Assembly (NCBI GenBank): GCA_028534125.1
Contig: CM052816.1
Location: 42,906,001-42,970,000, forward strand
Source of the DNA: Lama glama
Lineage: Eukaryota
Direction of reading: 5' to 3'
Length of the DNA stretch: 64,000 nt
Shown here: positions 63,471-64,000 of the stretch, one piece after another
Layout: each line of letters begins with the position of its first letter
Position numbering within the stretch: position 1 is the stretch's first letter
Notes under the pieces: generated by a model
Seen by the model: the letters and a program-made list of their open reading frames with translations, nothing else
The model's database searches: none
What the model was told of the DNA's origin: nothing
Program-made: the position numbers and the translations under genes

Positions 63471-64000
63471 CCTTTGTGATTTTTGCAGTATGTGGGAACT
63501 TCTTATAATTATAAATTATTACTTTTAGTTTTTTTCCCAAGATGACTCACTTTTAAAACTGAAATAAATTTACTACCCTGAGTCCCTTGGCTTATAGCTG
63601 GGACCTGTCTGCACCTTCATGGCCCCTGTCTTCAGTCTGGGTGACAGCCCTCACCTGGCCTCCTTCCCAGGCAGAGTAGGGTAGGGAGGTGTGAAGTGCC
63701 TCAGTAACAGGGGAAATAAAGCACAATGGCTATTCAAGTCCTAGGATTCTTTTATTGCTGCACTCCACCACAGTTTCCTTGGGCCCTGTATTTACATGGG
63801 TGCTGAGGACTCTGGGGGACCTCCTGAGGGACGTGAGGTGTGCAGATGGAACACTAACTACAGAACGCAGGTGCTGGACGTGGAATTCCTTACCCTTGCT
63901 TGTTTCAGGTTAAGTCTGGCATCTCCTTCCATGTGTGGTTTTTAACTATTAAAATATATCAGCTAAAATCATTTCGCACCTCTGATGTTACATGGTCCAC

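Noticed and set aside
48654..64000. KRAB-A/B or C2H2 finger exons downstream of the ZNF-like first exon; MCTP1 exons expected on this side by recalled human synteny
   Set aside because: None were recognised by eye in the window; they may lie outside it or be absent.
1..64000. CRISPR arrays, operons or other prokaryotic systems
   Set aside because: The window is intron- and repeat-rich mammalian DNA with no regularly spaced direct-repeat array and no long ORFs.

Overview
Mammalian (eutherian) genomic DNA, very probably camelid: three copies of a Vic-1-type tRNA-derived SINE are present and I recognised no Alu, B1/B2, Bov-tA or PRE-1. The left 24.7 kb carries the 5' half of FAM81B on the minus strand. 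Five coding exons (24529-24538, 24007-24104, 21048-21112, 8642-8885, 3341-3459) splice into one open frame, and the remaining exons lie beyond base 1. The right ~39 kb is intergenic and rich in L1, L2, MIR, MaLR and hAT relics. Points of interest: (i) an orphan CpG-containing block at ~48.2-50.1 kb that looks like the promoter and first coding exon of a KRAB-zinc-finger gene, with no KRAB or finger exons in the window; (ii) an unusual FAM81B 5' end, with the human-equivalent start codon reduced to a uORF, a GC-AG intron 2, and a candidate alternative ATG|GT first exon in intron 2 near X-box-like motifs; (iii) convergent CTCF-type motifs at 25.0/26.3 kb and 44.2 kb; (iv) an ultra-short L1 insertion with a perfect 16-bp TSD. 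Comparisons to human proteins and repeat consensuses are from memory, not from searches, and repeat boundaries are approximate.
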